64,000 bases of DNA from Hyphomicrobiales bacterium (GCA_017305535.1 JAFKKN010000001.1:233145-297144); one strand, 5' to 3'. Positions 9,676-20,957 are shown, counted from the first letter of the stretch. Notes: a model not told the origin generated them from the sequence alone. Program-made: numbers and translations.

Positions 9676-10881
9676 ATGGCGTCGGCGCTCATGGATCAGA
9701 TTTCAGACACCACGACAGCAACTGCGCCGCCCGCTCCGGCTGCCACCTCCCCTTCTCTCGATGCGAACGTTCCCGCGACCGCCACTGGCATCCTGACCAT
9801 CGATCTCGACGCGATCGTCGCCAACTGGCGCAAGCTGGAAAGCCAGGGCGTGCCAGCGGAGTGCTCCGCCGTGGTCAAGGCCAATGCCTATGGTTGCGGG
9901 ACGGAACCTGTGGTGCGCGCGCTGGCGGCCGCCGGCTGCAAGACGTTCTTTGTCGCTACGCTGGATGAAGCACGCGCCGCGCGGGCCGCATCCAAATCGG
10001 CGATTATCTACGTCCTCAGCGGCTGTTTCCAGAATTGCGGTGACACCTTCGCCGAACTCAACTGCCAGCCGGTGCTCGGCGATCTCAACGAACTTGCCGA
10101 ATGGGACGTATTCTGTCGCCGCAGCGGCTGGTCCGGCGGCGCCGCGATCCATATTGACACCGGCATGAACCGGCTTGGGCTCACGCCTCAGGACGCGCAT
10201 GGCATCGTGCCGCGCATCCACGCCGGTGATCACGGCATTACCTTGGTGATGAGCCACCTCGCCTGCGCCGAAAATCCCCAGCACCCGCTCAACGCCCGGC
10301 AGCTGACGACTTTCCGCGAGATTGCCCAGCAGTTCACGGGCGTGCCGGCATCGCTAGCCAATTCGTCTGGCAGTTTTCTTGGCCCGCAATTCCAGTTCGA
10401 TCTGTTGCGGCCGGGTGCCGCGCTCTACGGTGTCAACCCGACGCCAGAGGCGGATAACCCGATGCGGCCTGTCGTCGATCTGAAGACGCGCATCATCCAG
10501 GTCCGCGATGTCGAGCGCGGCGATACGGTCGGCTACGGCGCAACCTGGACGGCGCGGCGACCGACCCGGCTGGCGATCGTTTCCACCGGTTACGCCGACG
10601 GCTATTTCCGCGCCGCTGGAAGCACCGACGGCACCCGGAGCGCCGACGTCATCGTCGCAGGAAAGCGTTGCCCGATCGCCGGACGCATCTCGATGGACCT
10701 GATTGCGATCGACATCACCGATCTGCCGGACAAAGCCGTGCGCCGTGGTCACTTGGTGACATTGCTCGGCGACGGCATCTCGGTCGATGAACTCGGCCAC
10801 CACTTCGGCACCATCGGCTACGAGGTGCTGACGAGCCTCGGCCGTCGCTATGCCCGCGTTTACAAAGGCGGGGCGGCCTGA
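9676..10881 (+). CDS. alr: Alanine racemase
   Basis: PLP-lysine motif AVVKANAYGCG and the overall family pattern (SHLACAE, GYADGY). The exact start is uncertain. Confidence 0.88.
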   Translation: MASALMDQISDTTTATAPPAPAATSPSLDANVPATATGILTIDLDAIVANWRKLESQGVPAECSAVVKANAYGCGTEPVVRALAAAGCKTFFVATLDEARAARAASKSAIIYVLSGCFQNCGDTFAELNCQPVLGDLNELAEWDVFCRRSGWSGGAAIHIDTGMNRLGLTPQDAHGIVPRIHAGDHGITLVMSHLACAENPQHPLNARQLTTFREIAQQFTGVPASLANSSGSFLGPQFQFDLLRPGAALYGVNPTPEADNPMRPVVDLKTRIIQVRDVERGDTVGYGATWTARRPTRLAIVSTGYADGYFRAAGSTDGTRSADVIVAGKRCPIAGRISMDLIAIDITDLPDKAVRRGHLVTLLGDGISVDELGHHFGTIGYEVLTSLGRRYARVYKGGAA

Positions 10882-11024
10882 CCGCAAGATACTGGACAGG
10901 GATCGCAGACGCTGCCCGTTCGCGGCGCTGATTTTTGTTCGTGCCTTTACGCGGGTTAGCTAGGCTGTTGGCGCACTGAAGATTCGCCCATCCCGATCTA
11001 GCGCACCAACCGCGGAGACCATCC

Positions 11025-11756
11025 GTGCTGGCCTATCTTTTCGTCCTTGCGGTCGGGCTGGTCGCCGGCACCATCAGCGGCATCGTCGGCACCGGCTCGT
11101 CGATCATGCTGATCCCGGTGCTCGCTTACGAATTCGGCCCCAAGGAAGCCGTGCCGATCATGGCCGTCGCCGCGGTGATGGCCAACCTGTCGCGCATCAT
11201 CGCGTGGTGGCGCGACGTCGATTGGCGGGCGTGCGCCGCCTATTCGATCACCGGTGTTCCGGCGGCGGCATTGGGCGCGCGGACACTTCTGGTACTGCCG
11301 TCACGTGCGGTCGATATCGCCATCGGCCTGTTTCTGATGGCGATGGTGCCGGCCCGCCATTGGCTGGCGAAGCGCGACATCAAGATCACCCTCTGGCATC
11401 TCGCACTCGGCGGCGCGGTGATCGGCTATCTGACCGGCATTGTGGTCTCGACAGGACCGCTCAGCGTTCCGCTGTTCCTGTTCTACGGTCTGACCAAGGG
11501 CGCCTTCCTCGCCACCGAAGCCGCCAGTTCGCTCGGACTGTACTTAAGTAAATCGGTGACCTTCGAGCGTTTCGGCGCCCTCGACACGGCGGTCTTCCTG
11601 AAAGGCCTGATCGCCGGATCATCACTGATGTTCGGAGCCTTCATCGCCAAGCGGTTCGTTCTCAAACTCGATCCGAACGTGTTCCGACTGGTGATGGATG
11701 GCATCATGCTCTTCGCCGGCCTATCAATGCTTTGGAATGCGACTCACGCGACCTGA
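11025..11756 (+). CDS. TauE/SafE-family (sulfite exporter-like) membrane protein
   Basis: 243-aa hydrophobic ORF with the internal duplication and Gly-rich TM pattern typical of TauE/SafE permeases. GTG start. Confidence 0.75.
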   Translation: MLAYLFVLAVGLVAGTISGIVGTGSSIMLIPVLAYEFGPKEAVPIMAVAAVMANLSRIIAWWRDVDWRACAAYSITGVPAAALGARTLLVLPSRAVDIAIGLFLMAMVPARHWLAKRDIKITLWHLALGGAVIGYLTGIVVSTGPLSVPLFLFYGLTKGAFLATEAASSLGLYLSKSVTFERFGALDTAVFLKGLIAGSSLMFGAFIAKRFVLKLDPNVFRLVMDGIMLFAGLSMLWNATHAT

Positions 11757-11773
11757 TCCGGCGAACCTCGACT

Positions 11774-13261
11774 ATGGCCAAAGCCACCCTTTCCTTTGTC
11801 TGCCAGAACTGCGGCGCGGCCTATAACCGCTGGCAGGGCAAGTGCGAGTCCTGCGGCGAGTGGAATACGCTGGTCGAGGAAGACATCAGTGGCGCCAATT
11901 CGGTGCCGGCCAGTATTCGCTCCAAGCGCAAGGGGCGCCTGTTCGCATTGGAAAGCCTCGCCGGGGAAAGCCGTGACGCGCCGCGGCTGCCGACTGGCAT
12001 GGCCGAACTCGACCGCGTCACCGGCGGAGGCTTCGTGCCGGGCTCGGTGCTGTTGGTCGGTGGCGATCCCGGTATCGGCAAGTCCACGCTGCTCACTCAG
12101 GCGACGAGCGTGCTAGCCAGTGCCGGTCACCGCACCGTCTATATCTCCGGCGAAGAGGCGATTGCTCAGGTCCGGTTGCGCGCGGCACGGCTGGGTTTGG
12201 CCAGGGCACCGGTCCAGCTCGCCGCCGAGACATCGGTTGAAGATATCATCGCAACCCTTTCTGAAGGAAAGACTCCTCGCCTCATCGTCATCGACTCGAT
12301 CCAGACCATGTGGACCGACACGGTGGAATCCGCTCCCGGCACGGTGACACAGGTGCGCGCCTCGGCGCAGGCGCTGATCCGCTTCGCCAAGAAGTCCGGG
12401 GCGACCGTGATCCTGGTCGGCCACGTCACCAAGGACGGCCAGATCGCTGGCCCGCGCGTGGTCGAGCACATGGTCGACGCGGTGCTGTCGTTCGAGGGCG
12501 AAGGTTCGCAGCAGTTCCGCATTCTGCGCTCGGTCAAGAACCGGTTTGGGCCGACCGACGAGATCGGCGTATTCGAGATGACTGGCCTCGGTCTGCGCGA
12601 AGTCACTAATCCCTCGGAACTGTTCCTGTCGGAGCGCGACCTCGGCTCGCCGGGAACGGCGGTGTTCGCCGGAATGGAGGGCACCCGCCCGGTGCTGGTG
12701 GAACTCCAGGCGCTGGTCGCCCCCACCTCGCTCGGCACCCCGCGCCGTGCGGTGGTCGGCTGGGATTCCAGCCGCCTGTCGATGGTCCTCGCGGTGCTGG
12801 AGGCGCATTGCGGCGTCAAGCTGTCTGGCTACGATGTCTATTTCAACGTCGCCGGCGGCCTGCGCATTCAGGAGCCGGCGGCCGATCTCGCCGCCGCCGC
12901 CGCACTGGTGTCGTCGCTGGCCAATGCGCCATTGCCGACCGATGCGGTCTATTTCGGAGAGGTCTCGCTATCCGGCGCGGTGCGCCCGGTCGCACAAGCC
13001 TCGTTGCGCCTTAAGGAAGCCGCCAAGCTAGGCTTCGGCCGCGCCGTCTTGCCGGAATCGGCACGGGGCGAAGGTGGTGGCGACGCCGGGCTTTCGCTCA
13101 ATGCAATCGGCGGATTGAGCAGCCTTGTTGCGGACATCGCGGCGCGCGGGACGCCTCGCGCCACCGCCAAGGACCGCGACGCCGACGAAAATGGCGGCAC
13201 ACGCGCCACAGCCTCGGGAAAAAATGCCGCACCGCCTCGATTCCGCCGTCAAGACTCCTAA
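11774..13261 (+). CDS. radA: DNA repair protein RadA
   Basis: Start at ATG 11774. Zinc ribbon CQNCGAAYNRWQGKCESCGEWNT, Walker A GGDPGIGKST, VKNRFG motif and a Lon-like C-terminal domain. Confidence 0.93.
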   Translation: MAKATLSFVCQNCGAAYNRWQGKCESCGEWNTLVEEDISGANSVPASIRSKRKGRLFALESLAGESRDAPRLPTGMAELDRVTGGGFVPGSVLLVGGDPGIGKSTLLTQATSVLASAGHRTVYISGEEAIAQVRLRAARLGLARAPVQLAAETSVEDIIATLSEGKTPRLIVIDSIQTMWTDTVESAPGTVTQVRASAQALIRFAKKSGATVILVGHVTKDGQIAGPRVVEHMVDAVLSFEGEGSQQFRILRSVKNRFGPTDEIGVFEMTGLGLREVTNPSELFLSERDLGSPGTAVFAGMEGTRPVLVELQALVAPTSLGTPRRAVVGWDSSRLSMVLAVLEAHCGVKLSGYDVYFNVAGGLRIQEPAADLAAAAALVSSLANAPLPTDAVYFGEVSLSGAVRPVAQASLRLKEAAKLGFGRAVLPESARGEGGGDAGLSLNAIGGLSSLVADIAARGTPRATAKDRDADENGGTRATASGKNAAPPRFRRQDS

Positions 13262-13414
13262 ACCGGACGTGACCTCCGCTGCGGTCCTCGCTATACCACC
13301 CGCGCGGTCGGGAACTCTCTGGCTTTGCGCGACGCACCGTAGCGTCATCACGTAGACTGTCACGCGCCGCGCCGATTCGCGGTTTTGGGATTTGAAAGCG
13401 GACCTGACCAGCCG

Positions 13415-14047
13415 ATGCCGATAACGATCCTTGATCTTGTGCTGCTCGCGGTAATGCTGATCTCGGGCCTGCTCGCCATGGTCCGCGGCTTCATGCGCGA
13501 GATCCTGTCGATCGCAGCTTGGGGCACTGCCGCGCTCGTCACGTTGTATTCCTATCAGAAGCTGCTGCCGACCGCGAAAACCTATATTACCAGCGACACT
13601 CTCGCCAGCGTCGCGGTCATCGCCGGCGTCTTCATCGCGACCTTGATCGTGGTGTCGATCATTACCGTCCGTATCTCGGACATGATCCTGGATTCCCGGA
13701 TCGGTGCGCTCGACCGCACACTGGGTTTCCTGTTCGGCCTCGCGCGCGGCCTGCTGATTGTGGTGGTCGCATTCTTGTTCTTTGCATGGCTGGTCCCCGC
13801 CAAGCAGCGGCCGGATTGGGTTTCCAACGCCAAATCGCTAACCATGTTGCAATCGACCGGCGATTGGCTGATGTCGCTCTTGCCGGATGACCCCGAGAAC
13901 ACCATCTTGAAGAGATTCAAGAAGACCAAGCCCGAGGACGAGCAGACCGACGCCGAACCGGCCAACCCCGGTTCCAACGACGGATACTCGAAACCCGCGC
14001 GGGACAGCCTGAAACAATTGATCGACGGCAAACCGGCGACACGCTAG
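13415..14047 (+). CDS. cvpA: CvpA-family membrane protein
   Basis: Start at ATG 13415 (MPITILDLVLLAVMLISGLLAMVRGF...). The cvpA-purF pairing is conserved. Confidence 0.85.
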   Translation: MPITILDLVLLAVMLISGLLAMVRGFMREILSIAAWGTAALVTLYSYQKLLPTAKTYITSDTLASVAVIAGVFIATLIVVSIITVRISDMILDSRIGALDRTLGFLFGLARGLLIVVVAFLFFAWLVPAKQRPDWVSNAKSLTMLQSTGDWLMSLLPDDPENTILKRFKKTKPEDEQTDAEPANPGSNDGYSKPARDSLKQLIDGKPATR

Positions 14048-14089
14048 TTATCTTGAACGAGGGATGTGCTCCCTCGAAAGTGAGGCGCG

Positions 14090-15589
14090 ATGGACGAGAT
14101 GCAGACCCCTCCGCAACCTGCCGCCGCCGCCCCTCCGTCCGATCTTCACCAGCATGACGATGCGCTGCGCGAAAAGTGCGGCGTGTTCGGCATCTTCAAC
14201 CATCCCGATGCCGCCGCCATCACCGCGCTTGGCCTGCATGCCTTGCAGCATCGCGGACAGGAAGCCGCAGGCATCGTCTCCTTCGACGGCGAGCGCTTTC
14301 ATTCCGAGCGCCGGCTCGGCCTCGTCGGCGACACCTTCTCCCGCCGCGACGTGATCGACCGCCTCCCCGGCACCTCTGCCGTCGGCCACACCCGTTATTC
14401 CACCACCGGCGAAACCATCCTGCGCAACGTGCAGCCGCTCTTCGCCGAATTGAATGCCGGCGGCTTCGCCGTCGCCCACAACGGCAACCTCACCAACGGC
14501 TTGACGCTGCGTCGTGAGCTGGTGCGCGGCGGCGCCATGATGCAATCCACCACCGATACCGAGGTGATCCTGCATCTGGTCGCGCGTTCGCAGCGCAACC
14601 GCTTCATCGATCGCTACATCGACGCCCTCCGGACCATCGAAGGCGCCTACGCGCTGGTCTCACTGACCAACAAGAAGCTGATCGGCGCGCGCGATCCGCT
14701 CGGCATCCGCCCGCTGGTACTGGGCGAACTGGACGGCAGCCCGATTCTGGCGTCTGAGACCTGCGCCCTCGACATCATCGGCGCGAAATACGTTCGCGAC
14801 ATCGAACCGGGCGAAGTCATTGTGTTCGACGATCACGGCGCGCAAAGCCACAAGCCGTTCCCGCCGATGGCGCCGCGTCCCTGCATCTTCGAGTATATCT
14901 ATTTCGCCCGGCCGGATTCCGTGGTCGGCGGCCGCCCGGTTTACGAAGTCCGCAAGGCCATGGGCGCGCAACTCGCCCGGGAAAGCCATGTCCCCGCCGA
15001 CGTCGTGGTCCCTGTGCCGGATTCCGGCGTGCCCGCCGCGCTCGGCTACAGCCGTGCCGCCGGCATTCCCTACGAGCTCGGCATCATCCGCAATCACTAT
15101 GTCGGCCGCACCTTCATCCAGCCGACGCAGAGCGTGCGCGAGCTCGGCGTGCGCATGAAGCATTCGGCCAACCGCGCGGCGATCGAAGGCAAGCGCATCG
15201 TGCTGATCGACGACAGTCTCGTGCGCGGCACCACCTCGAGGAAGATCGTCAAGATGATGCGCGACGCCGGCGCCAGCGAAGTGCATTTCCGCATCGCCTC
15301 GCCGCCAATCACTCATCCGGACTACTACGGCATCGATACACCGGATCGCTCCGGCCTTCTCGCGGCGACGCATACGCTGGAAGAAATGCGCGCCCTCATC
15401 GGCGCGGACTCGTTAGCTTTCCTGTCGGTGGACGGCATCTATCGCGCCATGGGCGAACCGGGTCGCGACCCGGCACAGCCGAAGTTCACCGACCACTGCT
15501 TCACCGGCGAATATCCGACGCCGCTCACAGACCTCAACCAGACCGAGACGCAGCCGCGGCAGTTATCGCTGCTGGCGGAAGCAAGCTGA
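14090..15589 (+). CDS. purF: Amidophosphoribosyltransferase
   Basis: 499 aa; N-terminal nucleophile context CGVFGIF, PRTase motif VLIDDSLVRGTT. Confidence 0.95.
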   Translation: MDEMQTPPQPAAAAPPSDLHQHDDALREKCGVFGIFNHPDAAAITALGLHALQHRGQEAAGIVSFDGERFHSERRLGLVGDTFSRRDVIDRLPGTSAVGHTRYSTTGETILRNVQPLFAELNAGGFAVAHNGNLTNGLTLRRELVRGGAMMQSTTDTEVILHLVARSQRNRFIDRYIDALRTIEGAYALVSLTNKKLIGARDPLGIRPLVLGELDGSPILASETCALDIIGAKYVRDIEPGEVIVFDDHGAQSHKPFPPMAPRPCIFEYIYFARPDSVVGGRPVYEVRKAMGAQLARESHVPADVVVPVPDSGVPAALGYSRAAGIPYELGIIRNHYVGRTFIQPTQSVRELGVRMKHSANRAAIEGKRIVLIDDSLVRGTTSRKIVKMMRDAGASEVHFRIASPPITHPDYYGIDTPDRSGLLAATHTLEEMRALIGADSLAFLSVDGIYRAMGEPGRDPAQPKFTDHCFTGEYPTPLTDLNQTETQPRQLSLLAEAS

Positions 15590-15618
15590 CCAGATCGGCA
15601 GTCACCTAGCTCTGCCGG

Positions 15619-16254
15619 CTACGGTGCAACTTCCCGCATTTGACGCGCCAGCCATACGGTATGGCCGCCGCACGTCGCATCTTCGGCGACGTGGCCGATG
15701 ACGTCAAAACCGTGTGCTGTAAGCAAACGCCGGTAGTCCTCGGGATCGAGGCTCGCGTGGTAAAGCGGTTCTCCCTGAAAGGAGCCGATCGCCTCTCCGG
15801 CGCGTGGGCCGCTCGTAAACATCAGCGCCCCACCATCCGCGATGTGTGCGGCAAAGATCGGAAACATCGCTTTCTGCTCGTCTTGCGTCAGATGAAAAAA
15901 GCTGTCCCACGCCAGAATGCCATTGAAGCGACGGCCGAGTTCGAGCCGGCGCATATCGGCGACCACCCATGATTGCGTCGGAAATCGCTCCCGGCACAGT
16001 GCGATCATTGTTTCCGACGAGTCGACGCCGGTGACATCATGCCCCGTCGCGATGAGATAGCGTGCGATGGGCTCGCCCGACCCGCATCCGATATCCAGAA
16101 CAGAAGCCCCGGCACCGACGACTGCACGAAATCGATCGAGCCAGCCGCGCTCGAACAAGCTCTTGCCGCGCTCGCTGTCGAAAGCGCGGGCGTGCCGCTC
16201 GTAGAGGTTCACGATCCGCGTCGACGCATCATGTGTTGGCGTGGCTCTGGTCAA
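15619..16254 (-). CDS. Class I SAM-dependent methyltransferase
   Basis: 211 aa; motif I VLDIGCGSGEP. Overlaps the upstream GNAT gene stop by 4 nt. Confidence 0.8.
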   Translation of the reverse strand: MTRATPTHDASTRIVNLYERHARAFDSERGKSLFERGWLDRFRAVVGAGASVLDIGCGSGEPIARYLIATGHDVTGVDSSETMIALCRERFPTQSWVVADMRRLELGRRFNGILAWDSFFHLTQDEQKAMFPIFAAHIADGGALMFTSGPRAGEAIGSFQGEPLYHASLDPEDYRRLLTAHGFDVIGHVAEDATCGGHTVWLARQMREVAP

Positions 16255-16781
16255 AGCTGCCTGACCATGAAAACCGCCGCCTCGTCATAGCCTCGCAGCT
16301 TTCGCGCCAGCGTGGCATTGACGACTTTCTGCGACGCGACGTTGCGAAAGCCATGGCGCTCCCAAAAGCCTGCCGAGTTATTCACGGCCACCAGCGAGGC
16401 GGACGTGAACACTTCCTTCCGCGCCCACGCCAACAGCAGCGCGACCACCAGCGCGGCCGCACCAGTCCCACGCAGCTCCGGCAGAAGCGCGACGTCGTGA
16501 ATGTAGTAGGTTTCAGGTTGAGGCGGCAGTTCGCCAAGTCGTGCATTCAGCGCCGGAGGATCATACGCGCGCCAGGGATGGCTGACGGCGTAGCCGAGGA
16601 TGTCGTCTCCGGAACTGAAGGCAAGACAACCGACCGGATAGAGCCGCAGCCGCTCTTCAAAGACGGCCTCGTCTTCCGGAAAGGCTGGATGCACGCAGTC
16701 CGCCACCGCCAGCACGCCCGGCAGATCGGCGGTGACCATCGGCCGCCATTGCCCTTTGGCTTCGAGAGATAATTCAGGCAT
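16251..16781 (-). CDS. GNAT-family N-acetyltransferase
   Basis: 176 aa; acetyl-CoA binding pattern ...LLPELRGTGAAALVV... Confidence 0.75.
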   Translation of the reverse strand: MPELSLEAKGQWRPMVTADLPGVLAVADCVHPAFPEDEAVFEERLRLYPVGCLAFSSGDDILGYAVSHPWRAYDPPALNARLGELPPQPETYYIHDVALLPELRGTGAAALVVALLLAWARKEVFTSASLVAVNNSAGFWERHGFRNVASQKVVNATLARKLRGYDEAAVFMVRQL

Positions 16782-16831
16782 AACGCGCCGAACTCCTTAT
16801 CCCTCTGGTCCTAGCACAAAGCGCCCTTTCC

Positions 16832-17602
16832 ATGACAAAGCCCCTTGCCTCCCGCCTCGCCCTCGTCACCGGCGCCTCGCGCGGAATCGGCTACGCGACC
16901 GCACTGGCGCTGGCCAAGGCCGGCGCGCATATCGTGGCGGTTGCTCGTACCCAGGGCGGGCTTGAGGAACTCGATGACGCGATCCGGGCCGTCGGCGGCA
17001 GCGCGACACTGGTGCCCCTCAACATGACGGATTCGGAAGGCATCGCCCGGCTCGGCGCGGCCCTGCACGAACGGCACGGCAAGCTCGATATTCTGGTCGG
17101 CAACGCCGGCATCGCCGGGCCGTCCTCGCCGCTCGGCCACATCGAACTCAAACCGTGGAGCGACGTCATCGCGGTGAACGTCACCGCGAACTTCCAGTTG
17201 ATCCGCTGCATGGAGCCGCTGCTGCGCCAATCCGACGCCGGGCGCGCGGTGTTCGTCACCTCGGGCATCGCCAACAAGGCCACCGCCTATCTCGGTCCCT
17301 ATGCCGCCTCCAAGGCGGCGCTGGATGCACTGGTGCGGGTGTGGGCCGCCGAGACCGCCATCACGCCGATCAAGGTAAACTTGTTCAGCCCCGGCCCGAT
17401 CCGCACCCGGATGCGCGCGCAGGTGTTTCCCGGCGAAGACCCGATGACGCTGGACACCGCCGAACAGGTCGCGGAATTCATCGTGCCCATGTGCAAGCCG
17501 GAATGGACCGAGAGCGGCAAGCTCTATCACTATCCGTCGCGCGCGCTGATGACGTTTCGCGATCCGCTGATCGCCGCTACCGACCAAGCCGGCCAAGACT
17601 GA
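16832..17602 (+). CDS. SDR-family oxidoreductase
   Basis: TGASRGIGYA Rossmann motif and YAASKAA catalytic motif. Confidence 0.85.
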   Translation: MTKPLASRLALVTGASRGIGYATALALAKAGAHIVAVARTQGGLEELDDAIRAVGGSATLVPLNMTDSEGIARLGAALHERHGKLDILVGNAGIAGPSSPLGHIELKPWSDVIAVNVTANFQLIRCMEPLLRQSDAGRAVFVTSGIANKATAYLGPYAASKAALDALVRVWAAETAITPIKVNLFSPGPIRTRMRAQVFPGEDPMTLDTAEQVAEFIVPMCKPEWTESGKLYHYPSRALMTFRDPLIAATDQAGQD

Positions 17603-17682
17603 TAGGCGGCATCTTGCGGCTACTACCCGCCGCAGTCACAATGCGGTGTTCCGTCATGCCAGTGTGACGGATCGGAAAAGGA

Positions 17683-18066
17683 ATGCCGCCGATGCGTCGT
17701 CTGCTTGCTGCCGTGACCGTCCTCGCTTTCACCGGCATCGCCGGTCCCTCGTTCGCCGCCGAAGTGTCCGGCACCTGGCTGCGCGACACCGGCGCCTCCA
17801 AGGTGAAATTCAGCAAATGCGGTGGGGCCATCTGCGGCCATATCGTCTGGCTGAAGCCCGGCGCGGATCCCAAGGCCAAGGTCGGCCAGCGGGTGTTCTT
17901 CGACATGAAGCCGAGCGGCGAGAACGCCTGGAGCGGCAGCGCCTTCAACCCGGAGGACGGCAAGACCTATACCGGCAAGATGACCCTGAGCGGCGACACT
18001 CTGACCACGGCGGGTTGCGTCATGAGCGTCATCTGCAAATCCACAACGTGGTCCCGCGCCAACTAG
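17683..18066 (+). CDS. Exported DUF2147-like protein
   Basis: Signal peptide followed by GTWLRDTGASKVKFSKCGGAICGHIVWLK..., which resembles the DUF2147 family. Confidence 0.7.
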   Translation: MPPMRRLLAAVTVLAFTGIAGPSFAAEVSGTWLRDTGASKVKFSKCGGAICGHIVWLKPGADPKAKVGQRVFFDMKPSGENAWSGSAFNPEDGKTYTGKMTLSGDTLTTAGCVMSVICKSTTWSRAN

Positions 18067-18305
18067 GCGCCACCGTACGACGACCAACGCATTGGCGCGG
18101 CAGGCAGCAGCGATCCCTTGCCGCGCCAAATGGCGTGGACGAGCATTTCCCGCATGGACGACGGTTCCAGGTTGTGATGTGATGCAACCGCTTACCGTTC
18201 GCCACTGCACGCAAGATGTCAGGGCGGCGCGGAAGGCAGTCAATCACCAAGACGCTGGGTAAGACCGCACAAGACGGCGTGCCCGGAGGAAACCAAGGAG
18301 AGATC

Positions 18306-19532
18306 ATGCGGACAATCGTTACGCGTTGCGGAGCTATGGCCATCATGCTGGCCGCTCTCAGCGCCACTACCTCAGCCATCGCCCAGGACAAGACCGTCAA
18401 GATCGGCGTGCTCAATGACATGTCGAGCCTCTATGCCGACATCGGTGGACCGAACTCGGTCGTCGCGGCGAAGATGGCGGTGGAGGATTCCGGTCTTCCC
18501 GCGAAGGGCTGGAAAATCGATGTCCTCGCCGGCGATCACCAGAACAAGCCCGACGTCGGCGTCAACGTCGCGCGCCAGTGGATCGACGTCGACAAGGTCG
18601 ACATGATCACCGATACGCCGAATTCCGGCGTCGCGCTCGCCGTCAACAATCTGGTGCGCGAGAAGAACATCATCATGCTCAACTCCGGTGCGGCGACCGC
18701 CGATCTCACCGGCAAGGCCTGCTCGCCCAACACGCTGTCGTTTACCTACGACACCTACATGCTGGCGAACGGCACCAGCAAGGCGCTGACCAAGGCCGGC
18801 GGCGATACGTGGTTCTTCCTGACGGCGGATTATGCGTTTGGTCATGCGATGGAGCGCGACGCTACGGCAGTCATCACCGCGAATGGCGGCAAGGTGCTCG
18901 GCAGTGTCAAGCATCCGATCAACACCGCCGACTTCTCATCGTTCCTGTTGCAGGCGCAAGCCTCGAAGGCCAAGGTCATCGGCCTCGCCAATGCCGGCGG
19001 CGATACCACCAACGCCATCAAGCAGGCTGCGGAGTTCGGCATTGTCGCGCACGGTCAGAAGCTGGCCGCGTTGCTGTTGTTCATCAACGACGTGCATTCG
19101 CTCGGCCTGAAGACGGCCAACGGCCTGAACTTCACTGAATCCTTCTACTGGGACTTGAACGACAAGACCCGCGCGTGGTCGAAGCGTTTCTCCGAAAAAG
19201 CCTCGAAGCACGCATACCCCTCGATGACCCAGGCCGGCGTCTACGCGGCGGTCCGGCACTATCTCAAGGTGCTGGAGGCAATGGGCGGCAATCCGCATGA
19301 TGGCGCGAAGGTCGTCGCCAAGATGAAGGAAACCGTCGCCGAGGACGATCTGTTCGGCAAAAGCGAAATTCGCGCTGACGGCCGCCGCATGGTTCCGGCC
19401 TATCTCTTCGAGGTGAAGAAGCCGGAAGAGTCGAAGGGACCGTGGGACTACTACAAGCTGATCGCCACGCTCGATCCGAAGGACGTCGCGGTGCCGCTCG
19501 ACCAGAATCCCTGCCCGTTGTTGAAGAAGTAA
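18306..19532 (+). CDS. ABC transporter substrate-binding protein (LivK/branched-chain amino-acid type), orphan copy
   Basis: Start at ATG 18306 after AAGGAGAG, with a signal peptide. Strongly similar to the ORFs at 35784-37004 and 39536-40771. Confidence 0.88.
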   Translation: MRTIVTRCGAMAIMLAALSATTSAIAQDKTVKIGVLNDMSSLYADIGGPNSVVAAKMAVEDSGLPAKGWKIDVLAGDHQNKPDVGVNVARQWIDVDKVDMITDTPNSGVALAVNNLVREKNIIMLNSGAATADLTGKACSPNTLSFTYDTYMLANGTSKALTKAGGDTWFFLTADYAFGHAMERDATAVITANGGKVLGSVKHPINTADFSSFLLQAQASKAKVIGLANAGGDTTNAIKQAAEFGIVAHGQKLAALLLFINDVHSLGLKTANGLNFTESFYWDLNDKTRAWSKRFSEKASKHAYPSMTQAGVYAAVRHYLKVLEAMGGNPHDGAKVVAKMKETVAEDDLFGKSEIRADGRRMVPAYLFEVKKPEESKGPWDYYKLIATLDPKDVAVPLDQNPCPLLKK

Positions 19533-19561
19533 TCGAGCAGCCAACCATCGCTATAAACTCC

Positions 19562-19588
19562 GAGCGGCCTTGGTGGCCGCTCGTTTTT
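19562..19588 (+). terminator. Hairpin terminator between the binding-protein gene and der
   Basis: GAGCGGCC-TTGGT-GGCCGCTC followed by GTTTTT; sits between convergent genes. Confidence 0.6.
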
Positions 19589-20957
19589 ATGAAGGCCGCT
19601 TGCGCTTGTGCGCGAACGGGTTGGCCTTTTCACGCAGTGTGATGCGGATCGGCGTACCCGGCAATGCGAAATTCTCGCGAATGCTGTTGATCAGATAACG
19701 CAGATAGGATTCCGGCACAGCGTCAGCGCGTGAACAGAACACAACGAAACTCGGCGGCCGTGCCTTGGTTTGGGTGATGTAGTTCAGCTTCAGACGTCGA
19801 CCCGACACCGCCGGCGGCGGATTAGCGGCAACGGCCTGCTCGAACCAACGATTGAGCGCGCTGGTGGAGACGCGGCGATTCCACACCGCGTAGGCATCCT
19901 CGATGCCCTTCATCAGGCGATCAATTCCTTCGCCCATCAGGCCCGAAACAGCGACGATCGGCACGCCCTTCACTTGCGGCAGCCAATGATCGACCTCGGC
20001 GCGCAACGCACCGACCTGGTTGGCCCGCGATCCCATCAAATCCCATTTGTTGACGGCGATCACCAGCGCGCGCCCTTCGCGCTCGATCAAATCGGCGATA
20101 CGCAGGTCCTGTTCCTCGAACTTGGTCTGCGCATCCAGCATCAGCACCACGACTTCCGCGAAGCGCACCGCGCGCAATGCGTCCGCTACCGATAGCTTCT
20201 CGAGTTTCTCCTCGATGCGCGAACGGCGGCGCAGTCCAGCAGTATCGAACACGCGGAACGGCCGCCCCTTGAAATCGATCTCGACCGAAATGGAATCGCG
20301 CGTAGTGCCAGCTTCGGGGCTGGTAAGCAATCGCTCCTCGCCCAGCAACTGATTGATCATCGTCGACTTGCCGGCATTCGGCCGGCCGACGATAGCGACG
20401 CGAATGGGACGTGACGCGTCATCGCTCCCATCATCATCTTCATCGCCGTCCTCGTCGGCGGACTCCGGCATCACGTCGCGCAGTGCGTCGTACAGCTCGC
20501 CCATGCCCTCGCCGTGCTCGGCGGAAATCTGGATCGGATCGCCGAGCCCGAGCGCGTAGGACTCCATGGCGCCAAGTTCGCCGTGCTTGCCCTCGCTCTT
20601 GTTCGCCAGCAGCAGGACAGGTTTGTTCGCACGACGGGCGAAGTCCGCGAAAGAGCGATCCGTCGGCGTCAGACCGACCCGCGCATCGATGACGAACATC
20701 AGTGCGTCGGCAGCGGCGATTGCGGCTTCGGTCTGCTCCTGCATCCGCGCTGTCAGCGAACCGCGCGCGCCTTCGTCGAGGCCCGCCGTGTCGATGATAG
20801 TGAACGACAGATCGCCGAGACGCGCCTGCCCTTCGCGGCGGTCGCGCGTGACGCCGGGCTGGTCGTCGACCAGCGCCAGCTTCTGTCCAACCAGACGGTT
20901 GAACAGCGTCGACTTGCCGACATTGGGCCGGCCGATGATCGCGAAGGTGAAAGACAT
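19587..20957 (-). CDS. der: Ribosome-associated GTPase Der/EngA
   Basis: 456 aa with two tandem GTPase domains ([12 protein letters not shown] and [12 protein letters not shown]) and a KH-like C-terminus. Confidence 0.95.
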   Translation of the reverse strand: MSFTFAIIGRPNVGKSTLFNRLVGQKLALVDDQPGVTRDRREGQARLGDLSFTIIDTAGLDEGARGSLTARMQEQTEAAIAAADALMFVIDARVGLTPTDRSFADFARRANKPVLLLANKSEGKHGELGAMESYALGLGDPIQISAEHGEGMGELYDALRDVMPESADEDGDEDDDGSDDASRPIRVAIVGRPNAGKSTMINQLLGEERLLTSPEAGTTRDSISVEIDFKGRPFRVFDTAGLRRRSRIEEKLEKLSVADALRAVRFAEVVVLMLDAQTKFEEQDLRIADLIEREGRALVIAVNKWDLMGSRANQVGALRAEVDHWLPQVKGVPIVAVSGLMGEGIDRLMKGIEDAYAVWNRRVSTSALNRWFEQAVAANPPPAVSGRRLKLNYITQTKARPPSFVVFCSRADAVPESYLRYLINSIRENFALPGTPIRITLREKANPFAHKRKRPS